Assembly (NCBI GenBank): GCA_012862495.1
Contig: BLSG01000447.1
Coordinates: 1-39,853, forward strand
DNA from: Thraustochytrium aureum
Taxonomy: Eukaryota
Direction of reading: 5' to 3'
DNA length: 39,853 bases
The stretch's first letter is position 1; each line of letters opens with the position of its first letter. The notes beneath the pieces were generated by a model. That model was not told the origin of the DNA and did not search any database. It was given only the letters and a program-made list of their open reading frames with translations. The position numbers and the translations under genes are program-made. Positions 21,425 to 32,309 of this stretch are shown one piece after another.

Positions 21425-22340
21425 CGCGCGGCGGCTCCTCGCGCGCCCGCGGCCGGTCGACCAGCCCCCACCAATCAACCAACCAACCTGTCCCGCCCCG
21501 CACCTTGCCGAACCAAACCGCAGGCCAGACAAATCCGAGTGGCACAGCGGCAGCCAGGACGAGCGACCCGCGGGCCCTGCGATGCGCCTGCCTCACGACA
21601 GTACGCCGCAGCCGCCTCCCTTCGCGATGCGGACTGCCTCCCCGCAAGTCACCATTGAGTCGGTCGAGTCCAAGCCCGTTCAGGGCTTCTTGGCCTGTAA
21701 AGATGTCGTTTTAGCCTGTTGGAAGGCTAAGTTGATGACTCGAATACTTGGCTCGCTTTGGCACTCTACCCAGGTGAGTACTACCTGCTGTATCTGGCCG
21801 GGGGACCTTCAGCACGCGGCTTCCGTCTTGCGCAGCGATGTCATGTTGCAGGCTGCGTTTATGAAGAAGGCGGCAGCCTCTGGAGTCTTCGAATTAGTTT
21901 CCCTTTTTTACAAAACTTACTGCGCCTCGACTCGACTTTGTCACTGATTCTTGCGCCGCGCCTTTTGAGCTGCTTGAGCAGAGCAACGCTGTGCTCAGCG
22001 TGTTTGTCTCTGCTAGACGGACCATGGACACTTGTGACTGCCTGCAGGTATTTGGCAAGTGCGACTCCTCGCCGCATGCCTGGCCAAGGATCACCCCTCG
22101 GCCGCTCTCGCGAGGAGCGACGCGCCGTGGCGGTCGGCTGCTCGTGTTGGCCGTGCTTGAGGTTGGCTAGCTCGAGCTGCTGTTGCCCGAGTCCCGCTCG
22201 CGGCAGCCCAAAGAGGTGTTTAGGACTCTGCTCGACTCGACTCGGCTCTCGACCTGCTCGCTCAACGGGAAGCAAGAAACAAAGAAGAGAGTGGGTATTT
22301 GCTGCGGGCGGGTTTCATTGTTGGCTGGGGGCGTCGGCAC

Positions 22341-25300
22341 TCAACTGGGGCTGACGAGGCGCGACATCTGGTCGAGCTGGTCGCGGTGTGATGCCTTGAG
22401 CGTGGCCAGGGCCTCTTGCAGCTCTTCAACCTCTTCTTCCTTCTCCCCGCAGAGCTGGAGCAGCGCGTCGAAACGGACCCCCGTGTCGTGGAGGTCGCGC
22501 TCCAGGGTGGAGACGCGGAGGGACTCCTGCTCCAGGTACTGCACGCGCTCGCTAATGCGAAGGAACTCGTCGGAGAGCGCATCCCTCGCGCGCTCAACAG
22601 ACTCCAGCTGTGCGCGAAGCGAGTCGATCTGCCCCTGCTTCTGGCTCACCTGCGCTTGCAGCTGCTGCACGTAGAGCATCGAGGGCGTCTCTCCTGGACC
22701 CGGCGGCGCGACGCCATCCAAAGCGAAGAGGGTGCCCGCCTGCGCGCCGGCGTAGCCGATCGAGCCTCCGTGCGAAGCAACAGTTTCGGAACCAATGTTC
22801 AGGTCGCTAAGGATGCTCTCCTGCGACTCTGCCGTGCCGGGCTGGGGCCGCGCCGGGCCAGCCACACTCTTTCGGTCCGAAAACGTCGCAGACGATCCCG
22901 ACGCAAGACTCTGGGATGAGCCCGTTCGCGAAACCCGCGAAAGGCGCCCTTCGAGCTCCCGCACCNNNNNNNNNNNNNNNNNNNNNNNNNNNNNNNNNNN
23001 NNNNNNNNNNNNNNNNNNNNNNNNNNNNNNNNNNNNNNNNNNNNNNNNNNNNNNNNNNNNNNNNNNNNNNNNNNNNNNNNNNNNNNNNNNNNNNNNNNNN
23101 NNNNNNNNNNNNNNNNNNNNNNNNNNNNNNNNNNNNNNNNNNNNNNNNNNNNNNNNNNNNNNNNNNNNNNNNNNNNNNNNNNNNNNNNNNNNNNNNNNNN
23201 NNNNNNNNNNNNNNNNNNNNNNNNNNNNNNNNNNNNNNNNNNNNNNNNNNNNNNNNNNNNNNNNNNNNNNNNNNNNNNNNNNNNCCCGCTGGACTTGCCG
23301 TCGTATAACTTCGTATAATGTATGCTATGTATGCTATACGAAGTTATTACGGTTGGAGGTCGCCCCTCGCGGATTCGGCCTCGATCTTGGCGCTCTTGGC
23401 GGCGGCCTCGGCCTGCTCCGCTGCGACGAGCCTCGACATAATCGAAGAGTGCGACGTCTCGTACGAGTTTCGCTGCTGCGCATTCATTTGCTCGAGCGCC
23501 TCGATTTGGCGCAGAAGAGGTTTCGTCGCCTTGGCAGAGCTGGAGACCAGGTCCTCGTTGCGCTTCTCAGCCATCTGCAGCTGGTTCTTAAGCGACTTGA
23601 TTTCGCGCCGGAGCGCCTCTTCCGTGTACGAACTCTCGTTGCCTTGCTCGGCCAGGGCCTGCCGCATTTCGACGACGGACCGCTCCATTATGGACGCTCG
23701 GTCGTTGCGGACCTGCGTCGAGCTGATCTGCTCGGTCAGCTGGTGCCGAAGCTGCTCCTGCTCGAGCCGAGCCGCGTTTAGCTCTTGCTGCACCGAGGCA
23801 GTGGCCTTTTTCTGCTCGGTCACCTCCTTCCAGGCTTCGTCAAGAGCGCTCTGCAGGTGGGCTGCGCGAGCCTTTTCTTTTTCCAGTTGTGCGCCCGTTT
23901 CGTGGACCTTGCGCTCAAGCTCGGCTGTGGAGGACGAGATCTTGGCGAACGTGGCCTCGCCGCGCTTGGCGTCCTTTTCGACAACGCGGACCTGTTCCTT
24001 GAGCCTCCGCCCCTCCTCCTCAGCGGCGGCCAGTTTGCTAACGAGCTCGTCACGCTCTGCAGCGACCTGGCGCTTCTCTTCGCGCATTTTTTTGGCTGCG
24101 GTTTCGAGGTTTCCGATTCGCTTGGACAGGGCGAGGCCTTCCTCGAGGAGACCCGCGGCCCGTTGCTCTGCTTCGCGAGCGCGCTCTTCAGCCTGCTTCG
24201 CTTTTGCCTCGGCCTTGCGCAACGCGCTCTGTAAAGCGCTCGTGTTGCCCTTACTGTTCTCTTCTGAAGCGCGTCTTCGGCGCTCGCTCTCTTCGAGCTG
24301 GGCGAGCTTGGCCTTTACTGCATCGACCTCGTCGCGCAAAGCATCATTCTCTTGCACTAGGATGGACGAGCGCTGCACGACCGTTTCGAGCTGACGCTCA
24401 CGCTCGGCAAGCGCGACCTTGAGTGTGGCGGTCTCTGCCGTCTCAGCGGCGCTTGGTGTTCAGCGAACTCGCCAACAACGGGGCTCTCAACGCTTTGCTC
24501 GGCCTGCTCGTCGCTTTCAACTGCCGCTGGGGGCTGTTCCGGCAGCTCTGCACTCTTGCCANNNNNNNNNNNNNNNNNNNNNNNNNNNNNNNNNNNNNNN
24601 NNNNNNNNNNNNNNNNNNNNNNNNNNNNNNNNNNNNNNNNNNNNNNNNNNNNNNNNNNNNNNNNNNNNNNNNNNNNNNNNNNNNNNNNNNNNNNNNNNNN
24701 NNNNNNNNNNNNNNNNNNNNNNNNNNNNNNNNNNNNNNNNNNNNNNNNNNNNNNNNNNNNNNNNNNNNNNNNNNNNNNNNNNNNNNNNNNNNNNNNNNNN
24801 NNNNNNNNNNNNNNNNNNNNNNNNNNNNNNTGACTCGCTGGGCGCGGACGGGACGCGTGCCGAAGCTTGGTCGCCGCCGAGGACTTGAGCGCCTTCGATT
24901 GGTGAGAGAGGATCGCTTTCCGCGCCCTCGTCGTCGATATCGTCTTCGACGCCCCAAGCGCCCGCGGAAAGCTCAGCTTCTTCCACTTGTTGCTGTTGTC
25001 CAAAATCAGGCGATAGCCCTTCGTCCGGTTGCAAAGGCGGCGGTTCCGTCCCAATTTGCGGCTGCGCATCGCCACCATCAGCCTCGTCGGCGACGGCAGA
25101 GCCCGCCTCGGGCCCACTCGCTTGCGCGTCGACCGCATCTTCGCTGGGGCCGACCGCATCTTCGCTGGGGTTGGCTGGAGGAGCCGCGCTCGGCTCTGCG
25201 TCGAGGTCTAGGTCGTCGTCATTTTCGATGTCCCAGCCGTCGCTTCCAGCTGTCGCCGGCTCTCCATCTTGGTCGCCTTGGTCGTCGAGGTCAGCAGCTC

Positions 25301-25598
25301 GGACTGGGTCAGCGCCGGCCGCGGCTGCAGCGACCCCAAAGCTGCCGAAAAAGTCGCTCGCTGCAGCACTGTTCGCGGAGAGTGAGGCGTGGCCCCCCAG
25401 GCCCTTGGTCCTGGTTGTGTTGTCCGCGTCGTCGCGTCCAGCGCCGCTCTGCGCGGTCTTCGGGGCCAGGTCATACGACTCTTCGACGTTGGCCTCTGCG
25501 CCGACCGCCTCGTCGAGCTGCTTTTCGAGGTTGTCCTTGAGGTCTTTGACGGAGTCCAGCACGCCGGAGAGCCCGCCCCACGTTGTGCCCCAGTCCAT
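22341..25598 (-). CDS. TMF1: TATA element modulatory factor TMF1 (Sgm1/GC5-type golgin); gaps 22966-23284 and 24562-24830, frameshift at about 24440-24490, interrupted by linker artefact
   Basis: N-terminal MDWGTTWGGLSGVLDSVKDLKDNLEKQLDEAVG, central GLLEEGLALSKR...KKMRE, LQMAEKRNEDLVSS..ATKPLLRQIEAL and C-terminal RFDALLQLCGEKEEEVEELQ (TMF_TATA_bd pattern). Confidence 0.88.
23301..23351. other. 454 Titanium paired-end linker (loxP-based) left in the assembly, with a 9-bp duplication of the spacer
   Basis: TCGT-ATAACTTCGTATA-ATGTATGC-T-ATGTATGC-TATACGAAGTTAT-TACG: both 13-bp loxP arms plus the TCGT/TACG flanks of the linker, next to a gap and inside TMF1. Confidence 0.95.
25130..25171. repeat. 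21-bp tandem duplication in TMF1 coding sequence (PSEDAV x2)
   Basis: cgaccgcatcttcgctggggc followed by cgaccgcatcttcgctggggt. Confidence 0.85.
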
Positions 25599-26638
25599 GG
25601 CGCCGCCACAGCCGCTCGCAAGGCCCTGGCTTGGTCGTCAGCGCGCCAGCCGGCGGCCGCACTCCGGGCGCTGCAGCAGAGCTCCCCGCGCCGCTGTCCG
25701 CGTGCGTGCTGGCGGCGGCAAGAGCGAAAGCGATCGCTGACTCGCGAAAAAAAGAAAAGAAAAGATGCCGGCCGCTCTTGGTCGCGGCTTCCCCTGCCTC
25801 TGGCTTCCTTGCCTCGCCGCCTGCGCCACGGACCAACGCTCCGCAAGCCGCCCGGGCCCCGGGACGCGGATCTGGCCAACGCGCTCTGGGGGAGCCGGAC
25901 GCGAGCGCAGGGGTGCCGCTGGAGGACCCGACTCTGCCTCCTGCAGGAGTGCGCTTGTCGACGAGCCCAGCAACTGTGCTTGGGCGCAACGAGAAGGCAC
26001 CGAGCAGGCGCCGAGCAGGGCGCGCTGCGTGGGCCGCGGCGGGCCGCTCGGGGCGTAGAGGGAAGCAAGTTGGCAAGCAAAACCTCNNNNNNNNNNNNNN
26101 NNNNNNNNNNNNNNNNNNNNNNNNNNNNNNNNNNNNNNNNNNNNNNNNNNNNNNNNNNNNNNNNNNNNNNNNNNNNNNNNNNNNNNNNNNNNNNNNNNNN
26201 NNNNNNNNNNNNNNNNNNNNNNNNNNNNNNNNNNNNNNNNNNNNNNNNNNNNNNNNNNNNNNNNNNNNNNNNNNNNNNNNNNNNNNNNNNNNNNNNNNNN
26301 NNNNNNNNNNNNNNNNNNNNNNNNNNNNNNNNNNNNNNNNNNNNNNNNNNNNNNNNNNNNNNNNNNNNNNNNNNNNNNNNNNNNNNNNNNNNNNNNNNNN
26401 NNNNNNNNNNNNNNNNNNNNNNNNNNNNNNNNNNNNNNNNNNNNNNNNNNNNNNNNNNNNNNNNNNNNNNNNNNNNNNNNNNNNNNNNNNNNNNNNNNNN
26501 NNNNNNNNNNNNNNNNNNNNNNNNNNNNNNNNNNNNNNNNNNNNNNNNNNNNNNNNNNNNNNNNNNNNNNNNNNNNNNNNNNNNNNNNNNNNNNNNNNNN
26601 NNNNNNNNNNNNNNNNNNNNNNNNNNNNNNNNNNNNNN

Positions 26639-28318
26639 ATCTCTGGGCAGTCCTTGAGACCCATCTTGCCGGCAGTGCGCGCCTCGATAGGCGGCAGCGC
26701 CGTGAGGCCCATGTCCAAAGCGAAGGCGTTGGCGGCCTGCAGGATCTCGGAGCGCGACTTGGAGAGAGGGCGGGTCTTGTTGATGTAGAATCCGATGAAG
26801 GTCACGTAGGCGCGCACCGCGGCCTGCTCGAGGTCGTCGTTGCTCTTGACCTGGTCGAGCGCCTGCGCCACTTTGGGGGCCTGCCCTTTGTTGATCCAGT
26901 CGTCGGGCGAGAGCTCCTCGATCGGCAGGTCGCGGAGCTCGTTGAGAAACCGCTGCTCAAACGGGGCAAGCACGAGCACGCCGCGACCCGAGAGGCCAGC
27001 GCGGGCGGTGCGGCCCAGGCGATGAATGTACTGGTCGCGGTCGGTGAGGCCGACCTGCAGAATAAGCGTCACGCCCTCGAAGTCAAGTCCGCGGGCCGAG
27101 ACGTCGCTGGAGAACATGATGAGGTTGGGCTTGGCTCTGAACTCTTGGATGAGTTTGCCACGCTGCGCCTGCGTCTTGCGGCTGTGCATCTCCAGTACAG
27201 GCACGCCGATGTGGTTGAAAAGCTTGGCATAAAACGAGACGATACGAGCCGTTGGGAAGAAGGCCATAACCTTGAAGCCGTGCTCGGTGCCGCGCGTTTC
27301 GGCCTGGTGCGCGGCAAGCATGTGATACAGAACATGGGCGTGCATGTCGGCGGGGATGATGACGCTCTGCTGGTGCACCTGGGCGTTCGTCTGGCTCTGC
27401 TCCTCGCCAACGGTATCGATGACGGCATGGCCAGGACGCAGGGCAAAGTTGACGATCGACTCTAGCGTCTTCGGGTACGTGGCGCTGAAGAGGAGCGTCT
27501 GCCTGGTGCGCGGGAGGAATCGGAGGATCTTTTCAAGCTCCTGCTTGAACCCCATGTCGAGGAGGCGGTCCGCTTCGTCGAGGACGAGGACGCGCAGGCC
27601 TTGGAGGCGGTCCGCGAAGCCAGACGTGGTGGTCATGTGGTCGAGGAGGCGGCCGGGCGTGGCGACGAGGACGTCGACCTGGTCGCGGAAACGGGCGGTG
27701 TCCTTGTTCTTGTTGAGCCCGCCAACGATGCAAGCGAGCTTGATGTTCTTGTGGAAGCTGGCCAGGGCGCGGCCTTCGTCGTAGACCTGGATGGCCAGGT
27801 CGCGCGTCGGCGTGATGACCAGGCAGCTGATCGACCGCGTCGCTGCGCCGCCTGCGGCGCTGGCCTTGGCCTTGGCCAGATTCTCCAGCGTGGGCAGCAG
27901 AAAGCCAACCGTCTTGCCGGTTCCTGTCTTGGCCTTGGCCAGGACGTCCTGGCCGGTCGCGATTGCGGGCAGCGTCGCGTCCTGGACGATCGTCATGAGC
28001 TGGAACTTTAGCACCTCGCTCAGCGCGCGCTTGGACTCGCTCGAGATGTCGAGCGACGAGAAGAGCGTCGAGGATAAGTGGGCGACGTGCTTTGAGGCGG
28101 GGGTGCCGCTCCGGCGGCGCCCGCTGGGGCCCTGGGCGGTTGGCTCCGCTCGGCACGGTCGCGGCACCGGCGCCGTCCGCGCTATCCTCGCCCTCCCTGC
28201 TCTTCTTCGCATACTCTCTCTCGGACCCCTCCCCGCTGGCGCCGCGGCGCTTGGCGCCTCGTCCCCCGCGTCTGCGCCCTCCGCGTCCGCCGCCTCGCGT
28301 GCTTCCCCCTTGCTCCAT
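26639..28318 (-). CDS. DEAD-box RNA helicase, MSS116/RH25-26-31-like, with RGG-rich N-terminus; frameshift at about 28100-28210; stop codon probably in gap 26087-26638
   Basis: Q motif MTIVQ, AKAKTGTGKT, PTRDLA, ATPGRLLDH, LVLDEADRLLDMGF, FSAT, SSDVSARGLDF, QYIHRLGRTARAG, C-terminal AYVTFIGFY...AGKMGL. N-terminal RGGGRGGRRRGGRG lies in the other frame from ATG 28318. Confidence 0.92.
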
Positions 28319-28562
28319 GGCGGCCTGGAGCACGACTAACGCAGGGGGCTCAGATCAACGTCGACTTCACTGCTGCAGGACCGACCTCCGCCGCTCCAGC
28401 CGCAAAGTGCGCGACCGGGAGACAGCCCAAATCAAGCGCGCCCCGTGCTGCTCTGCTCCGCTCCGCTCCGCTCTCGCCTGCCCGTGACCCGACTCGCGCT
28501 TTCCGGCTCTGCTGCGCGCCCGCCCGCCCGCGCGGCTCCCAGCGCTTGTCGTTGGCTACCGC

Positions 28563-28730
28563 CTCCCTCACATCAGCCACCGCAAAACAAAACCAGCCAA
28601 AACCAACAAAAAACAACAAAAAACCAGCAAAAGACAACAAAAACAACCCAAAGCAACCCCAAAACACCCCAAAACCCCAAAAAACACCCGAAAACCAAAG
28701 CAAACAACGAGCGAACGAACGAAACCCAGC
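28563..28730. repeat. A/C-rich low-complexity tract
   Basis: Degenerate (A3-5C1-4)n sequence beside gap 28780-29108. Confidence 0.85.
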
Positions 28731-29443
28731 GCGACGCACTTGGCCAGTGATTGGAGGGCGGTGAAGTCTTGCCAAACCANNNNNNNNNNNNNNNNNNNNN
28801 NNNNNNNNNNNNNNNNNNNNNNNNNNNNNNNNNNNNNNNNNNNNNNNNNNNNNNNNNNNNNNNNNNNNNNNNNNNNNNNNNNNNNNNNNNNNNNNNNNNN
28901 NNNNNNNNNNNNNNNNNNNNNNNNNNNNNNNNNNNNNNNNNNNNNNNNNNNNNNNNNNNNNNNNNNNNNNNNNNNNNNNNNNNNNNNNNNNNNNNNNNNN
29001 NNNNNNNNNNNNNNNNNNNNNNNNNNNNNNNNNNNNNNNNNNNNNNNNNNNNNNNNNNNNNNNNNNNNNNNNNNNNNNNNNNNNNNNNNNNNNNNNNNNN
29101 NNNNNNNNAAAACCACTCGTCAATCAAGTTGATCGATCGCAACAAGTGCAGACGAGCTGCGGTCGGGCCAGGGCCAACCAAGGAGGATCCTCCGGATTAG
29201 CCAGGGCTTGAGCCTACGGTTTCTCCTCGTTCAAGTTCAGGCGGTGGCGGCGCGGGCCCTTGCCCTCCGCGGCCCAACTCGAGCTCGCCAGCCAGCCAGT
29301 ACTACATGTACGAGTAAGTACTCGGTCGAGCCGGCCGGGTGTGGACATGGAAGGACGTGCAAATGGGCAGGTTGCGTTGTAGTCAATTTTGGATCTTCAG
29401 TGCTAGCTAGAGCTGGAGGACGACCGCCTGGCAGGCCGGCCGG

Positions 29444-31876
29444 CTACTTGGCCGAAGTCGGGTAGTGGTTGTCGTAGTACTCGTGCAGGCTGCGCTGGAT
29501 GGCCTGGTCCAGGTCAAACACCGGGCGGTAGCCGAGGACCTTGGTCGCCTTGGCCGACGTGTACGTGTACGACATGCACGCCGTCGCAAGCATGGCCGGC
29601 GTGAGCATGTCGACGTCCCGGCCAAGGCTGACCTTGCCCTTGAAAAGCCACTGGTTCATCTCGGACACGTACGCCACGAGCCAAAGCGGCCACTCGGGGA
29701 TCCAAACAAAGTCGACCATGAGACGCTTGCGCATCTTCTTGGAAGGCAGGTTGTTGATGTGCTTGCGCGTGAGGTTCCAAAAGTCCTCCATCGAGCAGGG
29801 GTCGTCGTTGGAAATGCAAAAGGCCTCGCCGCGAACGCCGTCCTTGCCGTCCCAGAGCGCCTGCTCCGCCAAAAGGTGGCCCAGCACAACGTTCTCCACG
29901 TAGACCCAGTCCATGACGGCCTTGCCCCCCACGCTCGGCGCGACGCGCATGTCCATGACCTTTTCGAACGAGAGGCGGTCGTCGGCGCCAAACACGCCCG
30001 AGCAGGGGCGCACGACGGTGACCTGGAGCTCGCGCCCGTTGGCCAGCTTGGCCCCGTCCGCCTTGAGGCAGATGTCGTCCGCGATAGCCTTGGTGAACCC
30101 GTAGTGGTTGTGCGCAGTCTCGCGCGTGACAAACTCGGCCGACTCGTCGCGGCCAAAGCGCGGCTCGCTGTGCTCGTCCGTGGTCGCGTGCGAGGACGAG
30201 GTCACGATCAAGCGCTCCACCGAGTGCTCCTTGCAGGCGTCGAGCAACACCTCGGTGCCAGTCACGTTGATGTGGTAGCTCAGGAACACCTGGTGCTCGA
30301 GGCGATCCATGAAGCGGATGATGGCAAAGGTCGAGTACAGAACCTCCACGCCCTCGCACGCAGGGCCGATCTGGTCGATGCGCGTGACGTCGCCCTTGAT
30401 GAACTGCACGCGGTCGTCCCCCTGCCAGTGGTTGTTCTCCACAATGTCAAAGACGCGGATGTCGGTCTCGCCGCGCTCCAAGAGCCGGTTGACCAGGCGC
30501 TTGCCCACAAACCCGTTGCCCACCACGAGGTAGCGCTTGCCCGTGCACTGGCAGTTGGCCGTCACCTCGTCCCAGACCTTGTCGCACTCGAGGTGCGCGT
30601 CCGGGTCGCTGCGGATCGGGTCGCGCGTGGCCGCGTCGGGGTCAGCGGGGCCGAAGATGAGGTTGAGCAGGCGGAACTGGAGGCGCGCAAACTGGAATAG
30701 GAGGCGGTTCAGGCCGGCGTCTTCCTCGTCGACCATCTTCTTGAACGCCTTGATGTCCTGCTCCTCGCTGGGAACCACGTCGTCCTTGTAGAGGAAGAGC
30801 GAGGCGAGGATGAACCCCTCGGCCACGAGGCCGAACGAGCCGCAGGCCGCCATCATTCCTGGCACCAGGGGCCGCTTGCCCTGCAGAGCGATGGCCTGGT
30901 TGGCAAGGGCCAGCAGACCGCAGATAATCGCCAAGCTGAAGCAGAGCCAGCCCACGAGCTGCAGCCCGATGTAGGCGCCACCCCCCTTGCCGGGCTGGAA
31001 CGCGGCGTAGTTGGTCTTGATGTGGCGCCACTTGCCGCCGAGCGCGTGCGTGGTGGCGCAAGCGCCAGCAATGGTCCACATGGCGAGGGTGGTCGTCACC
31101 ATCCGCACCGCCGCCGAGCCCTGGCTAAAGCTGCCCACGATGCAGACCATGAACGCCGTGATCACGAGGCTGGCCTGCATTCCGATAAAGACCCACCAAA
31201 AGAAAGAGGGCGAGCCTTCGTCGGAGCGCATCAGCACGCTGTTCTGCAGCTCGGCGTTGAACGTGGGCGTCAGCTCGGCGTCGCGGGCGCGCAGCTTGTT
31301 GTCGGACGGGGCGCGAATGTGGACCGAGGTGCTGTTCCTGCGCGAAGGGGGCCGGTACGCGAACAGGGCGGCCAGCATCAGCACGTACGACAGTGCGCCG
31401 ATCATGAACGAGTTGAAACTCAGCAGGGGGTCGCGGAGCGCCAGGTTGGCGACTTGCACGGCGAGCGAGACGGCGTACAGGGCCCAGGCGACGCCGTTGA
31501 GCGCCACGAACCGCGACCCGCCCTTGCCGGGCTGAAAGAACGCCCATCCCTTGTTGCGGTACAGGATCCAGCCGCCCGCGGCGTATGTGCCGGGGATGAG
31601 CACCACGAACAGGCCGAGCATCAGCGAGACAACGCCGACGAGCGCTACGGCGGTGGCGATGCCGATCTTGCGCACGGCCTGCGCCTCGCCGGTCTCCTTG
31701 ATCCACTCCTCGATCGTCTTTTTCAGCTCGTCCAGCTCGACGGTGTTCTCCAGCGACCGCACCATTTTGCTGTTCTTGCGTTCACCGGACTTGCGCCGGA
31801 CGCTGGACCCGTCCCTTTTCTTGCTGCTTCGCGCGAGCTTGCGGTCGCCGCCGTCCTCCCCGTTCGAGTGCGCCAT
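29444..31876 (-). CDS. Multi-pass membrane domain (internally duplicated) fused to a 3beta-hydroxysteroid dehydrogenase/NSDHL-like extended SDR
   Basis: Intact 810-aa ORF. The N-terminal half has many hydrophobic helices. From about 30540: YLVVGNGFVG, IRVFDI, KGDVTR, INVTGTEVLLDAC, LIVTSSS, YGFTK (YxxxK), VRPCSGVFG, DWVYVENVVLGHLLA, GEAFCISND, KATKVLGYRP. Confidence 0.9.
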   Translation of the reverse strand: MAHSNGEDGGDRKLARSSKKRDGSSVRRKSGERKNSKMVRSLENTVELDELKKTIEEWIKETGEAQAVRKIGIATAVALVGVVSLMLGLFVVLIPGTYAAGGWILYRNKGWAFFQPGKGGSRFVALNGVAWALYAVSLAVQVANLALRDPLLSFNSFMIGALSYVLMLAALFAYRPPSRRNSTSVHIRAPSDNKLRARDAELTPTFNAELQNSVLMRSDEGSPSFFWWVFIGMQASLVITAFMVCIVGSFSQGSAAVRMVTTTLAMWTIAGACATTHALGGKWRHIKTNYAAFQPGKGGGAYIGLQLVGWLCFSLAIICGLLALANQAIALQGKRPLVPGMMAACGSFGLVAEGFILASLFLYKDDVVPSEEQDIKAFKKMVDEEDAGLNRLLFQFARLQFRLLNLIFGPADPDAATRDPIRSDPDAHLECDKVWDEVTANCQCTGKRYLVVGNGFVGKRLVNRLLERGETDIRVFDIVENNHWQGDDRVQFIKGDVTRIDQIGPACEGVEVLYSTFAIIRFMDRLEHQVFLSYHINVTGTEVLLDACKEHSVERLIVTSSSHATTDEHSEPRFGRDESAEFVTRETAHNHYGFTKAIADDICLKADGAKLANGRELQVTVVRPCSGVFGADDRLSFEKVMDMRVAPSVGGKAVMDWVYVENVVLGHLLAEQALWDGKDGVRGEAFCISNDDPCSMEDFWNLTRKHINNLPSKKMRKRLMVDFVWIPEWPLWLVAYVSEMNQWLFKGKVSLGRDVDMLTPAMLATACMSYTYTSAKATKVLGYRPVFDLDQAIQRSLHEYYDNHYPTSAK

Positions 31877-32309
31877 CCTTGCCGGTCCCGCTCGTCTTTG
31901 CGCCGCTCGTCCCTGCTGCTTTTGGTCGGGCAGTTCGGTGTTTGCTGCTCTGGCGGCGGCGGGCAGCGACGATTGGGGGGGATTGGCCTCGAGCGTTTTG
32001 CCCGGTTGTTCGGTCGACCTGCAGATAGATGTTGCAGCAGAAGAGCAGGAATTGTGTGTCTTACCCTCGCAGCAAGCAAGTTNNNNNNNNNNNNNNNNNN
32101 NNNNNNNNNNNNNNNNNNNNNNNNNNNNNNNNNNNNNCAGGAATTGTGTGTCTTACCCTCGCAGCAAGCAAGTTGTACATACTCGAGGAGGTAAGCAGAG
32201 TACCCACCAGAAACCAAGGACACACACCCCACGCTCCTGCCAGCGGGCCGGTCCAAGGGAGCGTTGACACGGGCGCACGCGTGCCGCACCCGCCGCAACA
32301 AGCAACGAG

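Noticed and set aside
23305..23347. Natural or engineered loxP recombination site
   Set aside because: The flanks match the sequencing linker, it sits at a contig edge and there is no recombinase or marker nearby.
29465..30700. Long antisense or alternate-frame ORFs (also 15349-16362, 7345-8154, 36710-37813, 23318-24394)
   Set aside because: They shadow real genes and are expected from high GC at third codon positions; no motifs.
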